From: a virus
Direction: 5' to 3' (one strand)
Virus genome (UHGV): UHGV-1493261
Length of the DNA: 64,000 nt
The number at the start of each line of letters is the position of its first letter. The stretch's first letter is position 1. The notes beneath the pieces were generated by a model that worked only from the letters and a program-made list of their open reading frames with translations, was not told the origin of the DNA and did no database searches. Below, piece after piece: positions 28,410 to 38,154 of this stretch. The position numbers and the translations under genes were made by a program.

Positions 28410-28432
28410 TAGGGGAGGAAACTCCCCTGTAA
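28410..28432 (-). terminator. GNRA-tetraloop hairpin terminator
   Basis: GGGGAG-GAAA-CTCCCC; identical 17-mer to the one at 48901. Confidence 0.45.
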
Positions 28433-28436
28433 CTAT

Positions 28437-28937
28437 CTAGCCCAGAAACACTACTAAAGTCAAATTAGTGAGGGCGCTGCGACCTTCCCGCAGCATTTCA
28501 TGCGCAGATGCAAGGCGCTTGGGGTCATGCAACGTATCAGAGAACACGATGATGTTTGCTTTATCGATGTCCGTGCCCATGTAATGGGATATGGTTGTCG
28601 TGTGCTGTTTCTTGTCTACATCGGGCAATGATACATCCGCACCTGCTCGGGAGCGGAAGAAAGAATCGCGTTCACTAACGCTATGGAAGACACCCATGAT
28701 GTTGAGGTTGTTCTCTGTCTGGAAATCATAGGACAGAATCTTCTTCAGCGCGGCGGTGTGCCCAGTCTGGCGCAGCATGCGATAGTACAGTATGTTTCCA
28801 GGACAGGTGGGGTCCGTCACACCTCCCCTCGATTGGCGATCTTTCTGGATTTCATACGCATCCAGGATAAGTTGTTGGACCATTTCAATATGGGCAGTCA
28901 GGGAGATTTCGACTTTACGTTTGACCATGGATTTCAT
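28437..28937 (-). CDS. Hypothetical protein
   Basis: 166-aa ORF. Confidence 0.5.
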   Translation of the reverse strand: MKSMVKRKVEISLTAHIEMVQQLILDAYEIQKDRQSRGGVTDPTCPGNILYYRMLRQTGHTAALKKILSYDFQTENNLNIMGVFHSVSERDSFFRSRAGADVSLPDVDKKQHTTTISHYMGTDIDKANIIVFSDTLHDPKRLASAHEMLREGRSALTNLTLVVFLG

Positions 28938-29004
28938 TTGGTGTATCCTCAGTTAGGTTCCGCTCATGGGGAACGAGTCCATTATACACCGAATACCGGA
29001 AATG

Positions 29005-29029
29005 AAAAAGAGGCCGGAGCCTCTTTTGT
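29005..29029 (-). terminator. Intrinsic terminator (bidirectional shape)
   Basis: AAAAAGAGGC-CGGA-GCCTCTTTTG; A-run and T-run flank the hairpin. Confidence 0.55.
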
Positions 29030-29055
29030 TAACCCATGATCATCGCGTTCATGGC

Positions 29056-29313
29056 TCATTCCTCTTCGTATTTTCCTGTCCTGAAGTTCCACTTTCGCGC
29101 ATTCTTCAGGTCCAGGTCTTTGAAGATGTTTCCAAAGATCTTTTGGAAGGAGGTCTGCTCTTGTTCTTCCTCAAGATCCTTGGGCTTCTTGACAGGCTCT
29201 TTCACCATACCGCCTTCGGGTTTCCCCACATCGGCGGTCGTGGTTCCAGGGGCTGCCGAGTCTTCAAGGAAGTCCTGGAAGCATTTCATGATTAGACCGC
29301 AGCCATTTCGCAA
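29056..29313 (-). CDS. Hypothetical acidic/basic small protein
   Basis: 85-aa ORF; start may be the internal MKCFQDF. Confidence 0.4.
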   Translation of the reverse strand: MRNGCGLIMKCFQDFLEDSAAPGTTTADVGKPEGGMVKEPVKKPKDLEEEQEQTSFQKIFGNIFKDLDLKNARKWNFRTGKYEEE

Positions 29314-30113
29314 CGAGTAGAGGTCACAGAGTGGCCGTCAGCGTCTTCAACAACACACCAGTACTCACCCTCGTTTTCGGCAGCAACTGCAGTGATAACC
29401 AGGCTCGCAGTTGCAGCAGTGGGGTTAGTGCCAGCATCGATCACCTCACCTTCACCACCAGGGACATCAGAGAAGTACCAAGTATGTGTGTATGGGGTAG
29501 TGCCGCCTGTAGCAGCGATGGTGAAGGTTGCGGATTCACCTGTTGTTACATCCTGAGAAGCAGCCAGATCGGTAGACAGAGACAGAGCGCCAGCCACTGT
29601 GATGACGGTAGAGTCAGTGTGGTCACCTTCAATGGTTACACCGTATACAGTCACTGAACCCGGCGCCAGCAGCTTGAATTTACCACCACCGATGTGCACA
29701 GCTTTGGTCAGATCGCCAGAGTACCAGTTGACACCCTGGTAGGTCGCGTTCTCCGGAGCGACGGCCGCCTTCAGTTCAACAACCTGACCGACTTCACCAT
29801 TAGCAGTTTCAGGGGTGATGGTCAGGCCAGTGGTCAGCACAGCGCTTGGGTCGTGGATTTCATAAGACAGCTGGAAGCCAACGGGCTTGGTTGGATCCAC
29901 TTTGGTGACGCCATCGGCCTGCAAATTGCTCTTAGTCAGCAGTGCATCCAGACCTTTACACTCAGTCAGGATCTCGTCTGGGTCTTGGTTAAGACTGGTC
30001 TTTTCCCAACCACGAGCAGTACCTGTTACAGTGTGAAGACGCTCAGTTTCCGGTTTGTTGCGAACAACTTCCGGTGCTACTAATACAGTGATCGTTGGCA
30101 TGGTTTCCTCCAC
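29292..30113 (-). CDS. Ig-like domain protein (Hoc-like / Big_2-type)
   Basis: 273 aa, Thr/Val/Gly-rich beta-strand pattern; C-terminal Ig signature TFTIAATGG...YTHTWYF...GEYWCVVEDADGHSVTS (Y-x-C). Confidence 0.5.
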   Translation of the reverse strand: MEETMPTITVLVAPEVVRNKPETERLHTVTGTARGWEKTSLNQDPDEILTECKGLDALLTKSNLQADGVTKVDPTKPVGFQLSYEIHDPSAVLTTGLTITPETANGEVGQVVELKAAVAPENATYQGVNWYSGDLTKAVHIGGGKFKLLAPGSVTVYGVTIEGDHTDSTVITVAGALSLSTDLAASQDVTTGESATFTIAATGGTTPYTHTWYFSDVPGGEGEVIDAGTNPTAATASLVITAVAAENEGEYWCVVEDADGHSVTSTRCEMAAV

Positions 30114-30472
30114 TCATCCAAATCGTTGTTCAGAGCCATCATCAGCTCATTATCTGGTTCGTATGAACCGGAACATAAATCATCGCGCCATACGCCTAAT
30201 GTCAACAAAGCAGCCTTGAGGCGTGGCAACTGGGGCTTATCCACCTTCAAAACGAGCATACGGCAAGCGGCCTCTGTTTCGAACGTATTGAAGACAGTAA
30301 TCAATTGATTGAGAATCAACCGAGGACTCTTACCAGGGACAAATCTCTTCAATGATTGATTAATTAGCGAAATCCGCTGAATGTCTACCAACAGTTCATC
30401 CCACGAGACAGAATCTACAATATAATGCCTCAGTGCATAATCCATCAAGTTGCTTTCGTCAACGATAGGCAT
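30080..30472 (-). CDS. Hypothetical protein
   Basis: 130-aa ORF. Confidence 0.5.
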   Translation of the reverse strand: MPIVDESNLMDYALRHYIVDSVSWDELLVDIQRISLINQSLKRFVPGKSPRLILNQLITVFNTFETEAACRMLVLKVDKPQLPRLKAALLTLGVWRDDLCSGSYEPDNELMMALNNDLDEWRKPCQRSLY

Positions 30473-30502
30473 ATTGAATAAGTTCAGCTGTTGTACATCG
30501 GC

Positions 30503-30928
30503 TTATTTAATCTGCAATTTTTCGATCAGCTTCGCAATCAGCTGAATGCGATCTTCTTCTGTGATACCCAGCGGCGCAGCCAACAACTTGAGATCGTCAA
30601 CCCCCAACAGGTTCAGAGTCTCGGCTGTGATGTTGGTTTCAATCACAGCCCCGGTTTCAAACGGCTTACCGAACTTGTCGCGACCATAACGCTTGAGGGT
30701 CGCAGCCAGCCCTGGAAGCTCCTGGAGGAGTTCCTTCGTGCCGTCTTGGTATTCGCACACCCAACCGTACCCGCCAGCGTAGACGACGCCTCCGTCTCCC
30801 CCTGGAGGGATGTTATCGATGGCGCGTTGTAGGTAAGTGGGCAACACACCTTCCTCCTTCGCCTGGATGTCATCGACTGGGGCTTCGGTTTTGATTTCAA
30901 CTTTCTTGACTTCAGGTTTCTTCGCCAT
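30503..30928 (-). CDS. Hypothetical protein
   Basis: 141 aa; AGGAGA RBS. Confidence 0.5.
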   Translation of the reverse strand: MAKKPEVKKVEIKTEAPVDDIQAKEEGVLPTYLQRAIDNIPPGGDGGVVYAGGYGWVCEYQDGTKELLQELPGLAATLKRYGRDKFGKPFETGAVIETNITAETLNLLGVDDLKLLAAPLGITEEDRIQLIAKLIEKLQIK

Positions 30929-31152
30929 GTTTGGTTCTCCTATAGACTGTTACGTATTTACCACAGCAATTGCAACAGTATACGTGCATCGCGTATCCTT
31001 CGCCTGTGAAGTCGCAACCACCACAGCGACAGAACAATTTCACGAACTGTTGGTCATGAACTTCACGGGGAGGAAAGTTCTTGTGGGAGTATTCCCTGGT
31101 CTCGCCTTCGAACTGAAAGGAGGCCGGAGCCTCCTTGGTGGATGGGGTTTGG

Positions 31153-32718
31153 TTACTTGTACAGACCTGTCACGTCAATAGACTTGTGCTGGCGATTGTA
31201 CTCAGCAGTGTAGTCATCCAACACCAGGTATTCACAGCAGCGGATTTTGCTTGAACCAAAATCATCGGTGACCGACACGATGTCACGCGGGTTCAGCTTA
31301 CAGCGAACGACACGCTGTCCCACAGAACCGAAACACTCCTTCAGGTAGGCCAGGGAGCAAACGTGCAAACCGTATGAACACAGGTCAGAGTTGTTGTCGT
31401 TCACGAATGAGCGAGCCATCCGCACGATAGTGCCTGGGGCGTTGCTGATCGTGTTGCTGTGCTTGTCCATGTAGTTGCCGCGCACCGATTTGTAGAGGAT
31501 GATGTCACCATCGTCGTCAATTTCGATGTCAGAGTACGCCATGAACTCATAGATGCGCCCGGACTGAACCAGAGAAGCTGACGGGTTCTGGAACATTTTG
31601 TCCATAAACTTCGCCATGCGGTCCAGATTGTGGAAGTCACCCTTCAGCATCAGCGCCAGTACACGCTTGGCGATGGATGTGCCTGTGATGTCATGACCGG
31701 ACCAGCGGACACGGTTGTCAGACACGTCTACCAGACCAGCAGCGTACTTCGCGATGGCTTCACGAGGTCGCATCAGCGAGTAGGCCAGCTTCACGTCTTT
31801 GTCTTTGATCGCCTGTACGATGCGGTCGTAGGCCGGGTGTGAAGTGGTGATCGTTTCCGGCTTACCGTCAATCGCGATAACAACGCTGTCAGGCAGAATC
31901 AGGATCTGGTGTTCGTTCAGGAACACGTCCAGGTCTTTCGCACCGAAGTCCTGCTTGGTCTTCTTGTCATCAGCCACTTCTTCAACGTCTTTGACAGCGA
32001 CGGTGAATTCTACAGAAGACAGAGCCAGACGCAGGGTGCGACCGAGGATGCCATCAAAGTAACCAACACGGCGACGGGCATCCAAGGATCCACGGATAGG
32101 ATAGGTTTCCCCGTCAACCACAACGCTGATTTCAACGTTACTCGGAACTTTGTCCGCACCTTCTGACAGTGCCACAGAAATTTCTGCCATCTCGCCGATA
32201 GCTTCAACATCGAAAGCGCGACTATCACCTTCCACAGGAGTCAATTCAGACTTTTCAAAGAAAGCCCCTTTGAAATTGCCGTCGTTAGTGAGACACAGAT
32301 ACTTGTTGTGGTTCGGCAGATATGCCCCAACATACCATTCTGTGCCATCTTTGTCTTTGGCCGTGCCGCCCGGTTGGACCTCGAATACTTCCTGCTCTTC
32401 CGGCTTGATAGGAGAGATCACAGTTACCTTGTTTTTCTCCTCGGTAATCCGGACCAACAGGGCACGGGCGATCGTCTTGGCTGACACACCGTACACCTTG
32501 GCCAAGAATGCATTGCTGACATTACCTGCCGCCGAATCCCTTTGGATATTGGCGATCTGATCTGTTGTCAGGGATTTCAGCGAAGTAGGGTCAACACCGA
32601 GTTCCGTGTCGGAAACACGTTGTACAGTCGAGCGGGGTATGCCCAACAGAGTAGCAATTGCGCTCTGGCTTTTGCCTTCCTTCAAATACTTCAGGATCTT
32701 TTCGTCAATCTTGTTCAT
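31153..32718 (-). CDS. rIIB: RIIB protein
   Basis: C-terminal half collinear with T4 rIIB (DDDGDIILYKSVRGNYMDKHSNTISNAPGTIVRMARSFVNDNNSDLCSYGLHVCSLAY vs TEDGYFYAWKVVRSNYFDCHSNTFDNSPGKVVKMPRTRVNDDDTQTCSRGLHVCSKSY). Start set at internal MNKIDEK, which carries an N-terminal HTH as in T4. Confidence 0.85.
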   Translation of the reverse strand: MNKIDEKILKYLKEGKSQSAIATLLGIPRSTVQRVSDTELGVDPTSLKSLTTDQIANIQRDSAAGNVSNAFLAKVYGVSAKTIARALLVRITEEKNKVTVISPIKPEEQEVFEVQPGGTAKDKDGTEWYVGAYLPNHNKYLCLTNDGNFKGAFFEKSELTPVEGDSRAFDVEAIGEMAEISVALSEGADKVPSNVEISVVVDGETYPIRGSLDARRRVGYFDGILGRTLRLALSSVEFTVAVKDVEEVADDKKTKQDFGAKDLDVFLNEHQILILPDSVVIAIDGKPETITTSHPAYDRIVQAIKDKDVKLAYSLMRPREAIAKYAAGLVDVSDNRVRWSGHDITGTSIAKRVLALMLKGDFHNLDRMAKFMDKMFQNPSASLVQSGRIYEFMAYSDIEIDDDGDIILYKSVRGNYMDKHSNTISNAPGTIVRMARSFVNDNNSDLCSYGLHVCSLAYLKECFGSVGQRVVRCKLNPRDIVSVTDDFGSSKIRCCEYLVLDDYTAEYNRQHKSIDVTGLYK

Positions 32719-32749
32719 CTTGTAGTTCCCACGTTGGTTAACAGGACTA

Positions 32750-35506
32750 TTATGCCCTGATAATGGAATTTGAAATAACGTCCAAGTAATCCGAAGAATT
32801 TTCAATCGGGTTCAGGGCGCTTGGTTTGTAATTCTCTTTCAAGAACCGGACAACACGATGACGTTCTACGGTCATGCGGTTCGCCTTTTTCGCGTTCCGT
32901 GTTGGCGTCTTCAGTAAATCAAACGGTACGAATCCGTGAATCCTCAGAACTTCCGATGCGCGACTGAAGATTTGCAACATACGTTGTTCCGCGCGGAACA
33001 CCCTTTCATCCCGCTCATTGGTATACAGATTCAGATTCAGAGTGCTGATCGTATCCTGGAAATGTTTGAAGCGGCGAACCTCATGAAGAGAAACATTACG
33101 CTTCGACATCGCCTGATAATGGCGGATAGTTTGTTCGTCCAAGATATCGTCAACATAATCCAGCATTTGGTTATACCGATTAACCAGCTGATTATAACGC
33201 CCGTCTTCCCCTTCACCGAACGCCTGTTTTACCAGATGACACCCGTATTTCAGGCGATTAGAACCAAGATGAAGTCTCTGATGAGATTTCAGCAACTGTA
33301 TCGCGTTGTGGCGTTCCAGCATCGGCCTGGCATTCTCCAACATGATCTTCAGGATTTCATCGATCGGGATGAAGACCTCTGGGAACTTCTTCATCATTGG
33401 CACGGATTTACGGCGAGCCAAGAATATTCTGTCGTGAATGTTGAGCATGTCGCTGATATACACTGGCTTGCCTTCATCGTCGACACTGACTGCGTGCTCA
33501 TACAGAGATTTGCGAATACCCCGCGCCGCAGCTGTGGTCAACGTTCTGTCCATCACCTGATGGATACACTCATAGCCAGACACCTCAATATAGACGATGC
33601 GCTCGCCCTTGTTGATGATATCTGAGATCTGGTCGCCCGTCAGTTCTTCATACTGTTTTATGTCGAAGTTTCTGGACGTGAACGGAAACAGACCAGGGTC
33701 TTTGGTGACCGGAGGCGTGACATACGTCAGTTCGTTCATGAACTTAACTTCAGCAGGCTCCAGCACCGCACTCAGCCAATCGACGAACTTGTCGGCGAAG
33801 CACAGATAATCAACCGTCGTTTCTTCTTTACCAATCCAAGTTTCAAAGAAATCATAGAGAGCCTGAGAATTCTTGAACGCAGGGTTGTCCTTAGATTGGT
33901 TGCGCTTGGTGACATAGGATGTGTTCGGCTTGGCCACGATGACTATCGTCCCTGTATCTTTCAGCTGCTTGATCTTCAGGTTACGAGCACGAACACTATC
34001 TTCGATCACCACAGTAACATGCTGGCCGCGATCAATCCACTTCTGGATTTCTGAAATGGTCAGGGTACTGGACTCACCCCAGTCATAGAAGATCTCCATA
34101 GAGAACGGCGATGACAGCTCATTGAACGGCGCGGTATGGTCATAATCGCGATCAATCTCAACAGGCAGCGGGTAACGGTAATATGAATCGTGGAAGCGCT
34201 TGTCAGCCGGGTATTCCTTTTCAACCATCTTGCGGAACCCACTGCCGAACATTTCACTCAGTTTTACCTTCTCCATATACAGGGCAAGAGGACCGCGCTT
34301 ACACGCCAGCTCCAGGTCACGCATCTTTTCTGTCAAGATTGCATTGGCGGTGCCCTTAAACTCCTCAGAGAGCGTCTCACGCGTGAATTCGTCATACGAC
34401 AGGTCTTCACGCGACGGTGGTACGTTCAGCGAGCCAAGTTCAAAGAATGTATAAGACGACGGGAACTTACTCATGATAGAGGAAGTGTCTGGGTCGAGCT
34501 GATTCAGGTCAATCGGGTACGACACGCCACCCATTACAGCATAATGGATGTTCCCCTGGCCTTTCGGCTGGATGTACGTGTTGTTGACCTTGAAATCATA
34601 ACTGATATCTTCCCAGCTGAAGCGGTATGAAGCGTTCTCAACAATTGGACGTTGTTCAGGGCGCATAACACGACCAAGGCGAACCAGTTCATCGGAGAAT
34701 GCAGAGAAACGAGCGTTCTTCACCGGGATCTTCACCGTCATGCCGTTGAACTCATCGGTGTCTTCCGGCTTAGGATCACGGGTTTCAAGATCTTTGGTGA
34801 TCAGATCAACAGTCGGGATGCGCTTGGCATTCAGGTACATCAGGAAGCGATGGAGTTTACCGTCCATGCGGCTTTCCACAGTGAACGAATCCGATACCGC
34901 AAATGGTGATTTGGAGCCAAGACCGAATGCCCCAATCTGATCATCATCTTCTTCCTTCGTACTGTGGAAGAGGGTGGTATACAATCCAGGCGTACGAATG
35001 ATCTCGCCGTCTTCACGACGGAACACCAAAGACCCATTGTAGAACCCTGGAATGCCGATGACTCCGGCCGAATCGGGGATCTCATCTTCCTTGACCACCA
35101 TGTTTCCTTCCAGCAGCACCTCATCTTCCTGTGCTGGGATAGGCTCGCCAATGATCTTCTCAAGTGGCAGACCGATGCCGTAATCACGTATTTCCAGCCA
35201 TGGTTCAAAGTCATCAGGTAGATGCACAACAACCTGCTTACCCTTCGGTGCAAGGTATTTGCTATGGCGGGCAGGAGGCGGAGTGAGAGGCGCGTAGTGG
35301 GACGCCATCACACGGTGCATACGATCACGCATGCCATGGGAGTCGATGGCGTTACAGACGGTTTCGCGCAGGGCTGCAGCCTCTTTGTAACGATACAATG
35401 ATGAGAACAGAGTCTCAAACATCTTATCGTTCATCTTCACGTTGAACGCCTGCCCCTGAATGGAAGACGACGAGCGGATAAAGTGCTCGGACTTGCGCAT
35501 TTTCAT
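32750..35506 (-). CDS. rIIA: RIIA protein
   Basis: 918 aa. Matches T4 rIIA: [28 protein letters not shown] vs [49 protein letters not shown] vs [21 protein letters not shown]. Confidence 0.88.
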   Translation of the reverse strand: [918 protein letters not shown]

Positions 35507-35582
35507 AGTATAGAAATCCTATCAATGTCAAAGGGGAACATATTGGTTGAGTGGGTATAATACGGTGGGCGTCTTCAATTGA

Positions 35583-35606
35583 AAAAGCCCTCGGCTGAGG
35601 GCTTTG
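35583..35606 (-). terminator. Intrinsic terminator
   Basis: Minus strand AGCCCTC-AGCCG-AGGGCTTTTTC, downstream of gene 35613-35960. Confidence 0.55.
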
Positions 35607-35612
35607 TTCAGA

Positions 35613-35960
35613 TCAATCTTCAGTGGCAAATTGCGCCTGGAAGTTGAATGTCGGTCGGGTGGCACCAGGCTCAAGGGTTTCCTCAAGATAGCCCACGACC
35701 GTGCGGGTGACTGACACAGTCTCTTTGCGCGGTTTGACTGGAGTGGCCAGTGCGATGATAGATGCCTTCTCTTCTTCAGTGCGGGTATAATCCACGTTGA
35801 AATGATAACGGCTACCGAACGCTGCCACTTCCACTTTGGTGATCTGTAGATCTTTCAGTTCAGTGCTGTTCAGGGTTCCCACGTTCAACTGTGAGCGCAG
35901 GTGCTCAACAATATTGGAGTACACATACTGTGGGGTGATCAGCTGTTCAATAGAACTCAT
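35613..35960 (-). CDS. Hypothetical protein
   Basis: 115-aa ORF. Confidence 0.5.
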   Translation of the reverse strand: MSSIEQLITPQYVYSNIVEHLRSQLNVGTLNSTELKDLQITKVEVAAFGSRYHFNVDYTRTEEEKASIIALATPVKPRKETVSVTRTVVGYLEETLEPGATRPTFNFQAQFATED

Positions 35961-36101
35961 AACATATCCTCTACTTTTTGGGTTCGGTTTTACTTAATCG
36001 AGCGACCTCTGCTCGAAGGAAGATTATCTCGTCGGTCATCAAACATCACCCATGATCTGGCCAACTTTGAAGTGCCTGCAGAAAGATCCTTCAGGCACTC
36101 C

Positions 36102-36302
36102 TCACTTACGTTTGCGCTTGTTCTTTCCATAGGTCTTCGCCTTCTTCTTGCGGGTTACAGACGGGCGACCATGTCCCGGTTCGCCGGGTGTGCCACCCTG
36201 AGTGTAACGACGCCCCCACATGTCATCACCACGATGCGCGGCGACGATTTCCATTTCTGACAGCGCTAGCATAGCAGCAACAGCCGCAGATGATTTCTTC
36301 AT
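36102..36302 (-). CDS. Small protein with highly basic C-terminal tail
   Basis: 66 aa; hydrophobic N-terminus, ends RKKKAKTYGKNKRKRK. Confidence 0.4.
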   Translation of the reverse strand: MKKSSAAVAAMLALSEMEIVAAHRGDDMWGRRYTQGGTPGEPGHGRPSVTRKKKAKTYGKNKRKRK

Positions 36303-36754
36303 TTCGTTTCCCCCTTGGCAGCATAGGACAGTGCCTGAACAATCATTACAGCCAGATCGATCGGCGAGTAGGTGCTGTTCAGATCTTCTCGAACACTCTG
36401 CTCGATTTCTTCATCAGACTGGACCACAGGACAGTTCTTCCCCTGGCGACGGCGTTCTGCGTTGATCATATCACGCAGGAGCAGATCGGTGAAGGAGTAC
36501 TCATCAAAGTTTTCCAGATAATTCTGAATCCCAGTGGATACAGGGGTTGGCTCCGGCTCCTGTGCCCCAGGATCTTTCAGGGCAGCAACAGTGGCATCAA
36601 TATCCCACAGAGGGTTCATCAGTAACAGAAGATTAACTGTTTCTCCTGACTCTGAAGTCGGGTTATTTCCCAGCACCTTGTAAAGATTCTTCAGGGTGCT
36701 GTCAAAGGTCAGAACGGTCTGCGCCAGTTCTTCATAAGTTGGTTTGGTAGTCAT
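36299..36754 (-). CDS. Hypothetical protein
   Basis: 151-aa ORF; overlapping stop/start. Confidence 0.5.
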   Translation of the reverse strand: MTTKPTYEELAQTVLTFDSTLKNLYKVLGNNPTSESGETVNLLLLMNPLWDIDATVAALKDPGAQEPEPTPVSTGIQNYLENFDEYSFTDLLLRDMINAERRRQGKNCPVVQSDEEIEQSVREDLNSTYSPIDLAVMIVQALSYAAKGETK

Positions 36755-37116
36755 CAGCGTTTGCTCCGGCGTTTGTTCTTCATCTTAGTGGCCTGACGTT
36801 TGTGAGCAGCGGCTCCACGCAGGCGTGTGGGTTCTTGATAGCGGCGGTCGGCATAGAACTCCCGCATATCACATTCAGTGTCTCGTTGTTTAAGTTTGGC
36901 AATCAGAGCCTTGGTGTCCGGCATCTGTTCTAACTCGTCACAGATGATCATGCGCTCACCAGGCTCATTCCGACGCTTCGGGATATCATCGGGAGTGATG
37001 TGCACAACCTCAACTCCTGGTAGCTTCTCTTCCAGTAGAACTTTGATCAACCGAGAACCCAGTCCGGCTCCAACAATCACAATCTTTCTTGGCTTGTCTG
37101 TCATGTTCTTGTCCAC
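36754..37116 (-). CDS. Hypothetical protein with N-terminal GxGxxG motif
   Basis: 120 aa; KIVIVGAGLGSRL; basic C-terminus. Confidence 0.45.
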   Translation of the reverse strand: MDKNMTDKPRKIVIVGAGLGSRLIKVLLEEKLPGVEVVHITPDDIPKRRNEPGERMIICDELEQMPDTKALIAKLKQRDTECDMREFYADRRYQEPTRLRGAAAHKRQATKMKNKRRSKR

Positions 37117-37117
37117 G

Positions 37118-37155
37118 AAAAAGGGGATAGAGCAATAATACCCTATCCCCTTTTA
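37118..37155 (-). terminator. Intrinsic terminator (bidirectional shape)
   Basis: AAAAGGGGATAG-(13 nt loop)-CTATCCCCTTTT. Confidence 0.55.
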
Positions 37156-37166
37156 TTGAAGAACGA

Positions 37167-37580
37167 TTAGACTTCAGATTCTACTTTGCCGCCTCGTAGA
37201 TCCCGAACTGGTTTACCGTCCGGTGCCATCACATAAATGGTGTTGATTGTCTCAAACCAAGACAGCTGGTCAACACCCTCGGTGTATGGGGTCACCGGAA
37301 CAGAAGTCTTGACCTCTTTGCCTTTCGTGTTCGGATGTTCAACCACATCCAAGAACGCACATTTCCCGCTCGGAAGGATCACACCATCAGTAAACAGCAC
37401 GATCTTCTTGCGAGGGTTGCTGGCCTCACCCAGGCACACCACCAGATGATGGATCATCTCGGGGCGGGTAATCAACATGTCGTCTTTGATAATCCCTTGC
37501 TTGATAGCAGAGATCACCACTTCATCCAACAGAGCCTGCTGTTGGTCCAGTGTCAGGGATTCAGTGAGTTTCACGCTCAT
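37167..37580 (-). CDS. Hypothetical protein
   Basis: 137-aa ORF. Confidence 0.5.
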   Translation of the reverse strand: MSVKLTESLTLDQQQALLDEVVISAIKQGIIKDDMLITRPEMIHHLVVCLGEASNPRKKIVLFTDGVILPSGKCAFLDVVEHPNTKGKEVKTSVPVTPYTEGVDQLSWFETINTIYVMAPDGKPVRDLRGGKVESEV

Positions 37581-37584
37581 GACA

Positions 37585-38154
37585 TCAGCCTTTGAAGTTA
37601 ATCGGTTTCTGAATACCAGCGTCGAACGCGGCCTGGGTACGGGTATCGCTCACCACCTGGCAGGTCTTGTCAAGGTCGATGCGCGGGTAGCCGAACATGC
37701 CAGCAATCAACGAACCAGGGAACTGAGCCAGCTTGGTTTCGTATATTGTGCAGATATCCAGCTTCTTGGTCTGGCTGATGCGGAATTCATCACGCCCAGA
37801 ACTGATCACCACCTGGATCTCTTTGTACAGGCTGGAATCGAACTGAATATTCTGCTCCTGGATCCACTGCATGACGGCCTTGGAACCATCAGCGCCATAA
37901 CGCCCTTCGAACGTGCCTTTGATCACTTCCTTCAGGCCGTCTTTATACATGTCAGGAATCTGCGCCGTCTCTTGAACTTTGAGCGTGTAGTTGCTCAGGT
38001 AGTTCTCGGAGTCTTTGTTGAACTTCTTGACCTGCTGCTCAGTGCGGTTGAAGTCGTTGAAGTAGCTGATGACTGTACTGATGCCGAGAATCACTATACC
38101 CAGCAAAGCCAAACCAACTATCCAACCTGTTGCGATACCCTTAGATTGAGACAT
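37585..38154 (-). CDS. LemA-family membrane protein
   Basis: 189 aa. N-terminal TM helix; C-terminal YETKLAQFPGSLIAGMFGY resembles the LemA signature Y-N-x-x-I-x-x-FP-x-x-I-x-AGMFGF. Confidence 0.55.
   Translation of the reverse strand: MSQSKGIATGWIVGLALLGIVILGISTVISYFNDFNRTEQQVKKFNKDSENYLSNYTLKVQETAQIPDMYKDGLKEVIKGTFEGRYGADGSKAVMQWIQEQNIQFDSSLYKEIQVVISSGRDEFRISQTKKLDICTIYETKLAQFPGSLIAGMFGYPRIDLDKTCQVVSDTRTQAAFDAGIQKPINFKG

Noticed and set aside
30837-31181. Plus-strand 114-aa ORF across the rIIB-downstream gap
   Set aside because: Opposite strand to all neighbouring genes and overlaps the end of a minus-strand gene; the minus-strand Cys-rich frame is more coding-like.
32936-33625. Plus-strand ORFs opposite rIIA (also 34190-34630, 34964-35221)
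   Set aside because: rIIA is strongly supported on the minus strand; these are antisense frames without RBSs.
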